Source: a bacterium (GTDB lineage Bacteria; Patescibacteriota; Minisyncoccia; Phycocordibacterales; UBA2100). From it: a stretch of 64,000 bases of DNA. This document shows, one piece after another, positions 47,732-57,598 of this stretch. Position 1 is the first letter of the stretch. Each line of letters begins with the position of its first letter. A program made the position numbers and the translations under genes. Location: assembly GCA_030647655.1 (NCBI GenBank), contig JAUSJH010000009.1, positions 18,196 to 82,195 on the forward strand, written 5' to 3'. The notes under the pieces are model-generated. The model had not been told where the DNA came from. It saw only the letters and a list, made by a program, of their open reading frames with translations, and did not search any database.

Positions 47732-49665
47732 TGTTTCGATGCTGTGGACGCTTCCTGCGCCGCGTTGAAATTTATCGGCGACGATTGGATCTGCCCCGCC
47801 TGTGTACTCGCACTGGCCGCAACTTTAGACACGGCCTCAGGCGATGTGCCGCCCGCGTTAGCGAGGTCCTGTTTCGCCTTTTTGATCGCGAGTATCTGGG
47901 ATGGATCCGACGTGATTATTTGATCTTCGGTGTACGAAGCGATGACCTTGATTGCGACGTGTTTCAGACCGGCGAAGAAAATTCCCTCTCCCACGTCGGA
48001 TTCAAGAAGCAAATATTTTTCTTCGTCGGAAAGCTTGAAGGTTTGTTGCACAAGGTCGACGGAGGTCGGAGATTGCCGTAGAAGCATCTGAATGGAAGAG
48101 TTGGTAATCATCGGAATGCCGTAGGGAGAATTCAAGAAGTCGGAGACGTCCTGCGTAATCGTCGAGATGCCGAGGAAGTATTTGCGTCCGCGCTTTGCGA
48201 TAGAGAAGAGAAACGATGCGGTGTCTTCGCTACGCATCATCCACCACGCTTCATCAATGACCAAGAGGCGCTTGCGGAGTTCTTTTCTGACTGCGTTCCA
48301 GATATGGTGCGTGATAATGTACATCGCGACCGGCTTCAGGTCATCTTCCATGTCGCGCACCGAGAATACGATGAGCTTTTTGTTCATGTCTACATTGGTC
48401 GGCCTGTTCATGAATCCCGCCCACGTTCCCTTGGTGTATTTCGAGAGGCGCGCGACAAGCGATTCCGACCCCTCCATGCCCGAAAGCACGAGCTCGAAGT
48501 CGGAGAGAAGTGGTGGTTCAACCAGAGCAAAGTTGGCATCTGCTGTGATGTCTTTCAAGGCGTAAGTCTCGGTGATTGCCCTGTCGATGACGGCGTCCTC
48601 CTCCGGGGTGAGCCCGCCAAGCATGATGCGAAAGAGCCCCACCAGAGTGATGATGTTGTTGCGCAACACGTCAGACGGGTTCTCGTCCTCTCTCGGGATG
48701 GCAAGGTCGAACGGATTTATATGGTGCTCCGATGAGAGCGAGATATTGAAATAGCGGCCGCCCACCGTCTCTGCTAGGTATTCATACTCGCGCTCCGGGT
48801 CGATGACGATAACCTCGGTGTCGAACATGAGTGAGCGCAGGATCTCCAATTTTGTCGTGTATGATTTTCCGGCGCCGGATTTGGCGAAGGTCACGGAATT
48901 GTAGTTCTCCAAACTAAAGCGGTCGAATAGAATGAGTGAGGAATTATGTCTGTTGATGCCATAGAGGATTCCGCGATCCGAAGTAAGATCGAAGGAAATA
49001 AATGGGAAGATAGAGGAAAGCGGCGCGGAATTCAGTTTGGTGTGCACATTAATCTCGTCGGTCGCAATCGGAAGCACGGAGCGGAAGCCCTGCTCCTGCT
49101 GGAAGAGCGCGGGCCGGATGTAGACCAAGCGCGATTCGAGGATCGAGCGCACTTCGGTCTCCACTTTGTCTATTTCTTCTCGCGTATTGCCGTAAATTGT
49201 TAGGTAGAGTCCTACCTCAAAAATGCGCTCCTGCGCTTGCTGGAGAGAATCACGCAGTTGCTCGAGGTCGGAATAGGCGGTGTCGAGCATCGGGTCGCGC
49301 ACCATACCTTTTTGTTCACGTGTCGATATCTGACTTTGTACCTCGGCAACTTTCTTCTGGAATTTGCGGAGCATATCGTTGGTATCCATGGGGTGAACGA
49401 ATATAGAGATATCGATGACCTTGTCCATGTTGATGATAGGTGCAAACCACCCCGTCGTGAGGAAGCGCGGATACGAGATAACGAAGAACGTACGCGCTAT
49501 CTTCTCCCCCAAATCGAGCTCGCGCGAGTTGACGCGGAGAGCATGCGGCGCGATGACGTCTTGGAGGTCGAGCACGCCCGACTTGTATATCTCTTCTGGC
49601 AGTACGGGGAGAACGTTCGGCCCTTCTTCCGCTTTCTTTTTTTTAAACAGGTCCAAGAGTGCCAT
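47728..49665 (-). CDS. VirB4/TrbE/PrgJ-family conjugation-type ATPase, C-terminal 645 aa (ATPase domain)
   Basis: Walker A TFAKSGAGKSYTTK and Walker B LLVIDEAWWMM. The upstream region RTFFVISYPRFLTTGWFAPIINMD matches the VirB4 N-domain core. Confidence 0.8.
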   Translation of the reverse strand: MALLDLFKKKKAEEGPNVLPVLPEEIYKSGVLDLQDVIAPHALRVNSRELDLGEKIARTFFVISYPRFLTTGWFAPIINMDKVIDISIFVHPMDTNDMLRKFQKKVAEVQSQISTREQKGMVRDPMLDTAYSDLEQLRDSLQQAQERIFEVGLYLTIYGNTREEIDKVETEVRSILESRLVYIRPALFQQEQGFRSVLPIATDEINVHTKLNSAPLSSIFPFISFDLTSDRGILYGINRHNSSLILFDRFSLENYNSVTFAKSGAGKSYTTKLEILRSLMFDTEVIVIDPEREYEYLAETVGGRYFNISLSSEHHINPFDLAIPREDENPSDVLRNNIITLVGLFRIMLGGLTPEEDAVIDRAITETYALKDITADANFALVEPPLLSDFELVLSGMEGSESLVARLSKYTKGTWAGFMNRPTNVDMNKKLIVFSVRDMEDDLKPVAMYIITHHIWNAVRKELRKRLLVIDEAWWMMRSEDTASFLFSIAKRGRKYFLGISTITQDVSDFLNSPYGIPMITNSSIQMLLRQSPTSVDLVQQTFKLSDEEKYLLLESDVGEGIFFAGLKHVAIKVIASYTEDQIITSDPSQILAIKKAKQDLANAGGTSPEAVSKVAASASTQAGQIQSSPINFNAAQEASTASKQ

Positions 49666-49667
49666 AA

Positions 49668-50330
49668 TTATTTTTGCAGTGGCATCGGCTTTCCTTCTTC
49701 ACCGGGGTTGAACATCTTATAGAGGAGTTCTATCGCTTCTTCGGTGCCGAGCTGCACGGTGCGCACGCCGGTGCGTACCAATCCCTGCTGTACTATGGCG
49801 ACGCGCTGCTCCAACTGTGTAACCTGCTCTTCGAATGTTCTGTTCGCGTCTTCAGTACTGGCATTTTTCTTTCCGAAGGGCAACATCGAAAGCATCCCTT
49901 TTTTATTGATGGCAATCGAGGGAGAATATGGCACGGCGACAAAGAAATTCTTCGTCATGATGTTCGCGGCCTCGGTGAAGCTTTTCACGAACTCGATGTA
50001 TTCGCGGATCTGGATACGCATGAGGTCGTCGAGCTGTTCTTTGTATGCGGCCTCAAGAGTCGCGACATAGGGGCGGATGTCGAGCATGCGCGATTGCACG
50101 AATATTTGCACGGAGAAGTCGAGTGAGTTGAGGAAATTTTGGAACTGCATGATGAATGCGGTTTGTTCATCCTCGCTCTTGAGCGCGAAGTTGAGTGAAG
50201 AAGCGAGAAGGATCGCACGCAGGCCACCGTCTTTGAGTACAACAACGCCGTCGCGCACTTCAGAAACTGGCAAAAACTCCTGTGTCGAGCGAGCGGAAGC
50301 GCGGGGGCCTTTGTCTGCTGTTGTAGGCAT
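49668..50330 (-). CDS. VirB4 N-terminal segment encoded as a separate ORF (frame-shifted relative to the ATPase ORF)
   Basis: FLPVSEVRDGVVVLKDGGLRAILLASSLNFALKSEDEQTAFIMQF resembles the extreme N-terminus of Gram-positive VirB4 homologues (from memory). The ORF ends PLQK-TAA 2 nt before the ATPase ATG. Start taken at MPTTADK (50330). Confidence 0.55.
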   Translation of the reverse strand: MPTTADKGPRASARSTQEFLPVSEVRDGVVVLKDGGLRAILLASSLNFALKSEDEQTAFIMQFQNFLNSLDFSVQIFVQSRMLDIRPYVATLEAAYKEQLDDLMRIQIREYIEFVKSFTEAANIMTKNFFVAVPYSPSIAINKKGMLSMLPFGKKNASTEDANRTFEEQVTQLEQRVAIVQQGLVRTGVRTVQLGTEEAIELLYKMFNPGEEGKPMPLQK

Positions 50331-50334
50331 AGGT

Positions 50335-50853
50335 CTAATTATCTTTGGGGAGGCGAGCCATCGCCTGTTGGGGGGTGCGGATAGGAACGACAATATCCTC
50401 CGATGTCCGCACAATGTGCTTTTCTTCATCGTTTGCCACTCCGGCCGCAATACGTTCTTTGATGTCCAAGCTCCACGCAAGTTCATGGAGCTTGCTTCCC
50501 GAGAGCTTGGGGACGTAGATTTCCGAACTACCTAGCGCGAGCTTGCCAATCACAGGCTGGGCAGTCTTCTTTTTGCGTGTATTGTTCCAGAGATACAGCT
50601 TGCTTCGCACAAGGAAAAAGAAGCCATTCTCAAGGCCTACTATGAACGGCCGGCCGTTGAACTGGAAAAAAGCAAGGCCAGCGGCAAGCCCTCCGACCAC
50701 TGCTATCAAAGGTCCGGCAAAGTAGATAGGTAATATACGCCAGAAAATGTAGCAGGCTCCGAAGCCACCCATAACGTAGATAAATTGCTTGAAGGTCAGA
50801 GGGCCAAAAATCTTGTCCTCGACCTCGATGAATTGCGGGACTTGGAATTGCAT
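50335..50853 (-). CDS. PrgI-family (VirB3-like) membrane protein
   Basis: MQFQVPQFIEVEDKIFGPLTFKQFIYVMGGFGACYIFWRILP… matches the N-terminal pattern of PrgI/Orf17-type proteins, which precede VirB4 in Gram-positive conjugation loci. Confidence 0.55.
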   Translation of the reverse strand: MQFQVPQFIEVEDKIFGPLTFKQFIYVMGGFGACYIFWRILPIYFAGPLIAVVGGLAAGLAFFQFNGRPFIVGLENGFFFLVRSKLYLWNNTRKKKTAQPVIGKLALGSSEIYVPKLSGSKLHELAWSLDIKERIAAGVANDEEKHIVRTSEDIVVPIRTPQQAMARLPKDN

Positions 50854-50958
50854 GGCTCCATTATATCAGTGTACGGGGCTCTCCCCCGCCACTGTTCACC
50901 CCGTGAGAGAACAAATCGTGTGTCCAAAGACTAGCTTGACCGCATTCTCTCATGGGGT

Positions 50959-51531
50959 TCACGCTGGCGGCTCGCGATAGGGGTCGTCGTGTACAGACTT
51001 GCGTGCGACACTCGTTTCGCCTGCTTTGTACGACTCGGAGACAGGCGCGCGCACGATTCTCCCCTCCGGCGGCGGCGCAGGCGGGGTCGCTGGCTGGACT
51101 ACGGGGGTTGCGAGCACCGGGCGCATAGGAGCATCACTCAAGACTTGCGTACGCATGCCCTCGACCCCGCTTACCTCTGCCGCTTTTGCATCCGGATGCT
51201 CAAGCTCCCGCTCCAGCTCTTCGCGTATAGGCTGGAATACGATGCGCGAAATATCCGCAGCGAGCGAGATTGCCATTTCCTTCGAAATATCAAGGTCGGT
51301 TTTCAGACTATCGGCAAGTTCTTCCGGCATCTGGAAGCCCAAGAGCGTCATCATGACTTCGTTCTCGAGAAGTTGCCACTGGTCGAGATGAAGTTTATTG
51401 GTATCGGCCAGTGCCCGTAACTGCTTTTGTATGTCCGCTGATGTAATAGCGTTTTGTAGCACTTTTGGCAACTCCTTAAAGCGTTCGCGCAACTTTGTGT
51501 TCAACTCGTCCTGCGGGGTATCTACATCCAT
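50959..51531 (-). CDS. hypothetical protein (T4SS-like operon)
   Basis: 190-aa ORF, acidic/helical N-terminal half, Pro/Ala-rich C-terminal half. Confidence 0.45.
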   Translation of the reverse strand: MDVDTPQDELNTKLRERFKELPKVLQNAITSADIQKQLRALADTNKLHLDQWQLLENEVMMTLLGFQMPEELADSLKTDLDISKEMAISLAADISRIVFQPIREELERELEHPDAKAAEVSGVEGMRTQVLSDAPMRPVLATPVVQPATPPAPPPEGRIVRAPVSESYKAGETSVARKSVHDDPYREPPA

Positions 51532-51534
51532 ATA

Positions 51535-53859
51535 TTAAGGCGTGGCCGGCGGCGGAGTTGCGGCCGGAGAATCGGCTTGTATGTCTGCCATAACATCGCG
51601 CAAACTTTTGGTCCTTATTTTATTTTTGTAGAGCTTCTTTGTTTCCTGGCCGATCACCTCGTTTGCTCCGGTGGCGCGGCCGAGTGCTCGCTCAAATATG
51701 TTGCCCGATTTTTGCCCGATCTTCTCGGCAATGTTCTCACCGCTTTTTCCCATAGCGGCAACAATTGTCTCTGCGGCTCCTTCGGCCAGCCTTTTCGTTT
51801 CTTCCTCGTAATCTTTCAACTGCCTCTCCGCCTCCTTCCAAGGCCTCTCCGCCTCCGCTACTCCATTTTCAATGATTTTTACATTCGCCTGTGCTTCTTT
51901 TATGCGATTATCTTCGTCACGCATTTGCGACTTCTGTTGGTCAGGAGTTAGGCTGGTATTGGCTGCGATCCTTATTTTCTCTTGCGAGACGCGATCTTTG
52001 ACAATATCAGCGTTTTGTTGAGCCGCGGCTAGTTTCTGCGGAAGCTGTTGCATCTGTTTTATGTTTTCCGCGTTCGTTTTTTCAGATCGCCGCGCTGCTT
52101 CTAGCTGTTGAAGTCCGAGTTCACGCTTCTGCTGTTCAATTCGTCGAGCCTTTTCACGTGCGTTCTCGTTATCATCTGCCGATGGAGCAACTTTTGCTGC
52201 TAGTTTTTCAGCAGCCTCCGTACGAGCTTTAACTTGGCTATCGTAACCTTTTGTATCTCTTGTCGATTCTCCCGCCACAAATCCGCTAATACCAGCCGCT
52301 TTTGTCGCCGCTTTCATGGCTGTTGTATCCATGAGATTCATCTTGCTGTCCGCAATTTTCCCAATTCCGAAACGAGTTGCTTGTTTGAGTTTAAGAGCAG
52401 CCGATTCTTCCAGTTTGCGCGCTTCTGCCCCATATTTTGCAGCCATCGGGCTCATTTCGTCGAAAGCCCTCGCTTCCTGAGCGCGTTTCAACGAGGCAAG
52501 CTTGTTTATCTCTTTAGCCTGTCCTATGCGGGTGTTCCGGTACTTGCTTGCCACGAATCCAGCGGTCTGACGCAAGAGCGGTGCGGCGATGAAGCGTGCG
52601 CCCATGGTGAACGGCAATGCCGTTGCCATTTGTGAAATATTGAATCCGCCGATTTTGCCGGCCCAGATGCTCGAGAACTTGAACGAAGCAAAAAGTAGCC
52701 CGAGCACCATTAGATATATGAAAAGAGATTCAAGATTGACCGCCTTTGTAGGCTCGCTCAGGAGTCCGCCGAGCGTTCCGCCATGCGGCCGCATGGCTTT
52801 TGCGATAGAGACGGTGACCCAGAGGAAGAGCATCAAAAGCGGAGCGAAGACCGCGCTCCGTAGGAGCGAACTCCACCACGTTTTCCACCCGTAGCTACTC
52901 GTCTCCCACGCAGGGATGAGGTACGAAGCGAAGGCTGCGGACGCAGTGATCATCAGGAAGATTATTAGTACCGCGCGTGAGATGAGTAGGAAAGAGCCGT
53001 ACAAAAGGACAAGTGCGGCGGCTAGGAAAAGCGTCGATGAGAAAATGCCGTGCAAGAATGCCATCCACCCGTTGTTCAGTGCATCAGCGCCAGCGTCGAG
53101 TGTCTTGAACGTCTGGGCCCCGCTTGTGACGCCCATGAGACTGATGAACGAACCGGCTACGCCCGCGTTCGTGAATTTGTACGAAACATCCTCCGCTCCC
53201 AATGTGGCTCCTATGGCAGCCACCTGACTGTTCTGCGTGTTCCCCCCGATCCCCGTGGCCTCGTACAACTGCTTGGCGGTGAAGTTTGAAGCATCGATTA
53301 TCATCTTCGTGAAGAGAAGACTGAAGTTGATGAGTACGGCAATAATAAGCACGCGCGCTATCATCTTTTTTTGACCGAATTCCTTTAGTCCGATGATGAT
53401 GGATATCGCGATGAAGGTGAATATACCGATGATGAGGATGTTGGCAATATCGCGGAATACGGTCCACGCAATTTCAACGCCCTGCTTGACGCCGCCGCTA
53501 AAGAAAGTACCGAACTCGACGACGGTGTAGTTCATGATCCAGTTAAAAAGAAGTCCCGATACTTCAAGAAGCCATGCGGTAAGTTGGATTAATAGAGTTG
53601 CGATGACGACTCCGATCAGTCTACCGGTGCATATTACAGGGCTGTACCAGTAATTCGTGAATCCGCTACAGGAGATCTGGTTTGCGGCGCTTGCCGCAGG
53701 AGTCGTTTGTGCGGATGCTACAGTGGCGTGCATGGTAAAGGCGGTTTCTGTAAATGACATCGACAACGGAACGCACACAAGCAATATCGCAAGAATTATT
53801 ATTACTTGCTTGAATCGTGTGCGATGTTTTGTCAGCGTGTACATATTTATTTCCTCCAC
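51535..53859 (-). CDS. VirB6/TrbL-like polytopic membrane protein with a long Lys/Glu/Ala-rich coiled-coil C-terminal tail
   Basis: 774 aa; the N-terminal ~450 aa has ≥6 TM helices and a periplasmic signal region. The C-terminal 300 aa is a charged coiled coil. Assigned from architecture and operon context. Confidence 0.55.
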   Translation of the reverse strand: MEEINMYTLTKHRTRFKQVIIILAILLVCVPLSMSFTETAFTMHATVASAQTTPAASAANQISCSGFTNYWYSPVICTGRLIGVVIATLLIQLTAWLLEVSGLLFNWIMNYTVVEFGTFFSGGVKQGVEIAWTVFRDIANILIIGIFTFIAISIIIGLKEFGQKKMIARVLIIAVLINFSLLFTKMIIDASNFTAKQLYEATGIGGNTQNSQVAAIGATLGAEDVSYKFTNAGVAGSFISLMGVTSGAQTFKTLDAGADALNNGWMAFLHGIFSSTLFLAAALVLLYGSFLLISRAVLIIFLMITASAAFASYLIPAWETSSYGWKTWWSSLLRSAVFAPLLMLFLWVTVSIAKAMRPHGGTLGGLLSEPTKAVNLESLFIYLMVLGLLFASFKFSSIWAGKIGGFNISQMATALPFTMGARFIAAPLLRQTAGFVASKYRNTRIGQAKEINKLASLKRAQEARAFDEMSPMAAKYGAEARKLEESAALKLKQATRFGIGKIADSKMNLMDTTAMKAATKAAGISGFVAGESTRDTKGYDSQVKARTEAAEKLAAKVAPSADDNENAREKARRIEQQKRELGLQQLEAARRSEKTNAENIKQMQQLPQKLAAAQQNADIVKDRVSQEKIRIAANTSLTPDQQKSQMRDEDNRIKEAQANVKIIENGVAEAERPWKEAERQLKDYEEETKRLAEGAAETIVAAMGKSGENIAEKIGQKSGNIFERALGRATGANEVIGQETKKLYKNKIRTKSLRDVMADIQADSPAATPPPATP

Positions 53860-55427
53860 TTGTCTTTCCAGCCCTGTATGACAGCTGGATTATTGACGTT
53901 GCACCAGCCGACAGCAGGGTTCGCGTTGTCGGCCCACGCTTGTACAGTGTTGGTAACGAGCGTACTCATCACATCTCTCACGTTGGTGAGTTGCTGGAGG
54001 ACGCCGGTGGGGCCGTCCACGTCCGGTCTTTTATGAATCAGGTCCCGTGCAATCAGTGCGTCGAGTTGTTCGATAGCTCTGCGCTGCGCGTCCGGCGAGG
54101 TCGTATTTGTGACGCCTTGGATGAGCTCTTCAATGAGCCGCAGAGCGTTCTCGGACTTCTCTATGTTGGTAATCATGGTCGATGCGAGCTCCGCGATCTG
54201 CGCGTCTATGACATTCTGCGCGAATTTCTCGGTCGAGGTCGCGATTTCGTATGTCGTGCCACTTGCTACACACGTATTATCACGAGTGACTGGTGCATTT
54301 TCACACACTCTCGGGACGACAAGGTTCCAGCACTGCTCCTCCGCGCTCCGCAACTGCGCAATCGTTTGTGTCAGGACCGCGCCAATGGCATTGACCGCTT
54401 GTAAGTACGTGGCCTCCACCTGCCGTGCTGCCGCGAGGAGATTAAGTGCGGCGTTGACGACGGCATTGCGGAGTCCTTGCGAGGATTGCTGTGTGATTTG
54501 GTCGAGATACGAAGGCTGGCCGCCGATACCTTGCGTGATGCCCGCAAGACCTCCGTCGTTGGTGATGATTTGCGTCGTCATTCCTGCATAAAGGGCGCCT
54601 ATCATCTGTCCGATGTCATTGGCACTCTCAAGTTGGTACACGGGGCTGTCGAGGATTCTCTGGAACGATTCTTGCACCGTGGCCGCCGGAGTGACCACAT
54701 TGCCCTCACTATCGGTAACGGGATAGTAACCACGGCCCCAAGTCCACTGGTCTTGCTGGTACTGCTCAGCGCGGGCGATGCTGGCGCCAGCGAGTTCTTC
54801 TGACAGGTAGAACGCGGAGAGTGGATCGCACGGAGCGGAACCTGCAGCGGCGACAGCATCCCATATATTTACACCCGTCGGAAGCAGTCCGCTGTGTACG
54901 AGCAAAAGATTCCCCTGATATGGGCAGGTAAGTATTTTCTGTGGGGCACGTGTCCTTACGTCGTAGTTGCGCACGAGCGTGCGTGTTATTGGTCCTTGAA
55001 GGGATGTGTTGAGACTTTTAAGCTTTTCTCCCTGAAGAAATCCCAGCATTGTCGAGTCTATTGCCCCCGTGAGTATTTCTTGTCCCTCATTAACGACATA
55101 GAGCGGTTTCCCGTCGCGACCAGTTGTGACCCCTACAATCGCTCTCTTGCCGAAAGCGGAGGTTGCCGCCTCGCGTTGACGGTCAATCACTTCGCGCAAG
55201 ATGCATTCTTTGTAGACAAGGATTCCGGTATTAAGTTCGACAGTGGCATCAGCGACGGGCACGTAGACCCCGCCGGTCGCTGCCATAGAACCGATTGACA
55301 TCGCGTAGGCGCCGTTCAAATTGCAGTCAAAAATCCCCTTCCGCGCGTATTGGTATGGGGGGTCTGTTTGCGCCAGAGCCGGTAGGGGTAAAAGTGCGAA
55401 CACGAGAATGAAGAGGAGTTTTCTCAT
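53847..55427 (-). CDS. hypothetical secreted protein (T4SS-like operon)
   Basis: 526 aa, clear signal peptide MRKLLFILVFALLPLPALAQ. Confidence 0.5.
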   Translation of the reverse strand: MRKLLFILVFALLPLPALAQTDPPYQYARKGIFDCNLNGAYAMSIGSMAATGGVYVPVADATVELNTGILVYKECILREVIDRQREAATSAFGKRAIVGVTTGRDGKPLYVVNEGQEILTGAIDSTMLGFLQGEKLKSLNTSLQGPITRTLVRNYDVRTRAPQKILTCPYQGNLLLVHSGLLPTGVNIWDAVAAAGSAPCDPLSAFYLSEELAGASIARAEQYQQDQWTWGRGYYPVTDSEGNVVTPAATVQESFQRILDSPVYQLESANDIGQMIGALYAGMTTQIITNDGGLAGITQGIGGQPSYLDQITQQSSQGLRNAVVNAALNLLAAARQVEATYLQAVNAIGAVLTQTIAQLRSAEEQCWNLVVPRVCENAPVTRDNTCVASGTTYEIATSTEKFAQNVIDAQIAELASTMITNIEKSENALRLIEELIQGVTNTTSPDAQRRAIEQLDALIARDLIHKRPDVDGPTGVLQQLTNVRDVMSTLVTNTVQAWADNANPAVGWCNVNNPAVIQGWKDKWRK

Positions 55428-56266
55428 GACTTTTTCTGCTTCTGGTACGTCACAAGCGCTTGGAAGGATGCGAGCACATCGGATTCAGCCTGATTGTATG
55501 AGCGCAGAAGCGCAACGGAGGCGAATGGATCGTTTGCATTGTCTGCAAGCATCGTCAATACCGTACCGAATTCCTGCAATGCGTTCAGAATGGCGATGTG
55601 GCGCGATGCGGCGTCAGTCGGCACGATTATTTTTGCTCCAGCATCTGCCGATGCGAAATAGTTTTTCGCGGCACCCTTTAATTTTTCGAGATACACAGGG
55701 TCTTTTGTATCTGTGTAGCGCGCGAAAGTCTCGAATTCAAGCTCGGTATTCTTGAGGAGAGGAGCAAGTGCATCTTGCATGCTCTCGCGATAGACGAGCA
55801 TGCGCGCATATGAGGTATCAAGGTCCGTCTTGACGTCAGTAAGCGTGTACGTCTTATGCGATATGGGCACCTGCAGGTTCACCGCCATTCTTTCCGCAAT
55901 TTTCTGACCAACCTCGGGGGTATAGAGCCCCTGTTCTTGTAGCGCTGCGTATGTGTTCACGAGACCACCCAGTATCGCCGAGCCAATTGGAGAGCTCCCA
56001 TCATCCGATGACGTGGCGAGTTGCGCCCCAGCTTCGTAAGTATCAACTTTGTGTGCAGATACAGGGTCCGTGGAAGCAACGAACGATGTTGCTGCGCGCT
56101 TGGCTTCTATCGCGTTGTACGCTTGCCACCCTAAAGCAGTGACGAAAAGCAGAGCCGAAACTGCGGCGGTAACGAAAATTGCTGAAAACCCATACTCGTT
56201 GGTATACGCCAAAAAACTCACGCTGCTGTTTGCGCGCTCTTTTTCCACACGATAAGTATAGCGCAA
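55424..56266 (-). CDS. hypothetical membrane-anchored protein (T4SS-like operon)
   Basis: 280 aa, single N-terminal TM FSAIFVTAAVSALLFVTALGW. Confidence 0.45.
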   Translation of the reverse strand: MRYTYRVEKERANSSVSFLAYTNEYGFSAIFVTAAVSALLFVTALGWQAYNAIEAKRAATSFVASTDPVSAHKVDTYEAGAQLATSSDDGSSPIGSAILGGLVNTYAALQEQGLYTPEVGQKIAERMAVNLQVPISHKTYTLTDVKTDLDTSYARMLVYRESMQDALAPLLKNTELEFETFARYTDTKDPVYLEKLKGAAKNYFASADAGAKIIVPTDAASRHIAILNALQEFGTVLTMLADNANDPFASVALLRSYNQAESDVLASFQALVTYQKQKKS

Positions 56267-56328
56267 GAAAGAGGGCTCTTAGCTCCCCGGATAGCATTTT
56301 TAGGGGAAAATTCCTATGTCGAGCAGGA

Positions 56329-57240
56329 TTAGAGACCCATCGGAGTAAACGTGAAGACACTACCCGCGTCACTCGAAGAAAAGGCGACGCCGTAGGCGCC
56401 GAAAAGCGAAGCGAGCGCGATGTAGTTCTTGGTGAAAGTATCGGCCGAAGCGTTGTATTTTTCTATCGCATGAATAAAATCGCTATCGCGCTCCGCTTTG
56501 GGAACAAGCGCAAGATTCGTCCCGATCTCGATGTAACTTTGTGTAAGCGCCTTGTGCGTTCCTGCCACTTTAAGCGGCACGTTGTCCATGCCGGCGAGAT
56601 TATTGCCCAGATTTTGGAAAGAATGGGCGAGATTTACCACCGCCTCGGCTTTGCCCTGATCGGTGCGGTCCTCGACCTGCCCCTTGAGTATTTGCATCAT
56701 ATTTGAGTGCTGTTGTTCGAACGATTCGATGCTTGAGCCAATGTCGTTGCCGTAGCTGTAGAGCTCCTGCTGAAGATCGGTCCGCGCAGAAGTCGATGTT
56801 GTAGTACTCACAAGACCGCTCGGTATGAATGCGTATGCGCTCGGGATGTCCCCGCTTGCCGGAGCCGTGTTCAGCCTCGCTCCTTCGCGGACGAGCATCG
56901 CAACGAAATCATCAAAATTAAATGAATCACTGGCTAAAACATTCTGCGAAGCAGAATGTTCGCCCGATGCTCCGCTTCGCGGAGCGTTTAGGGGCGGTGT
57001 GTATGTGTAGGGCGGACCGCTCTTAACCCGTTGCATGATGTCCTCAGCATACGGAGATGCGCCAGAAGTTGGTACGTAGGAGGCGGGGTCAAGATACGCG
57101 TTTCCAGCTCCCCCCCATGCGGTTATTTGTGTTGCGGGGAGCGCAACTTTTTGTCTCTCAACAATGAATGCGCCGACGACGAGCAATATTCCTGCTCCGC
57201 AGAGCGCGGAAACATACGGATGCGTGCGGGTCCAGTCCAT
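56329..57240 (-). CDS. hypothetical membrane-anchored protein (T4SS-like operon)
   Basis: 303 aa, N-terminal TM VSALCGAGILLVVGAFIV. It has the same overall architecture as 55424..56266. Confidence 0.45.
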   Translation of the reverse strand: MDWTRTHPYVSALCGAGILLVVGAFIVERQKVALPATQITAWGGAGNAYLDPASYVPTSGASPYAEDIMQRVKSGPPYTYTPPLNAPRSGASGEHSASQNVLASDSFNFDDFVAMLVREGARLNTAPASGDIPSAYAFIPSGLVSTTTSTSARTDLQQELYSYGNDIGSSIESFEQQHSNMMQILKGQVEDRTDQGKAEAVVNLAHSFQNLGNNLAGMDNVPLKVAGTHKALTQSYIEIGTNLALVPKAERDSDFIHAIEKYNASADTFTKNYIALASLFGAYGVAFSSSDAGSVFTFTPMGL

Positions 57241-57241
57241 A

Positions 57242-57574
57242 TTACTGACTACTCCCCATCATAGTTATGTAGGTCCCAGGCCAGACGATGACCGGCTGAA
57301 TCGAGACAATGCAATAGTAGGGAGCACCCGCAAGTCCCAAGAGCCATTGGCCCCCATGGGTTGGTGGACCGAATTGATAGGTCTTTGTAGACGGTGTCCA
57401 GATATAGGGTCCGCCGCGCGGGGGCCCGAGATTTGCGTAAATCGCTTGGTTGTAGCAGGGGATGACCATGCTTGCCTGTCCTCCAAAAGGAAATGCGAGC
57501 GCCCATGCTGGGAAGAGAAGCGCAAGAATACCTGAGACGGCACACACGACGCGCATACATGTATTATACGGCAT
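57242..57574 (-). CDS. small secreted Cys-containing protein (first gene of the T4SS-like operon)
   Basis: 110 aa, signal peptide MRVVCAVSGILALLFPAWALA. Its stop abuts the next gene's start. Confidence 0.4.
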   Translation of the reverse strand: MPYNTCMRVVCAVSGILALLFPAWALAFPFGGQASMVIPCYNQAIYANLGPPRGGPYIWTPSTKTYQFGPPTHGGQWLLGLAGAPYYCIVSIQPVIVWPGTYITMMGSSQ

Positions 57575-57598
57575 ACGGCAAGCAGAAACCTGCGACGT

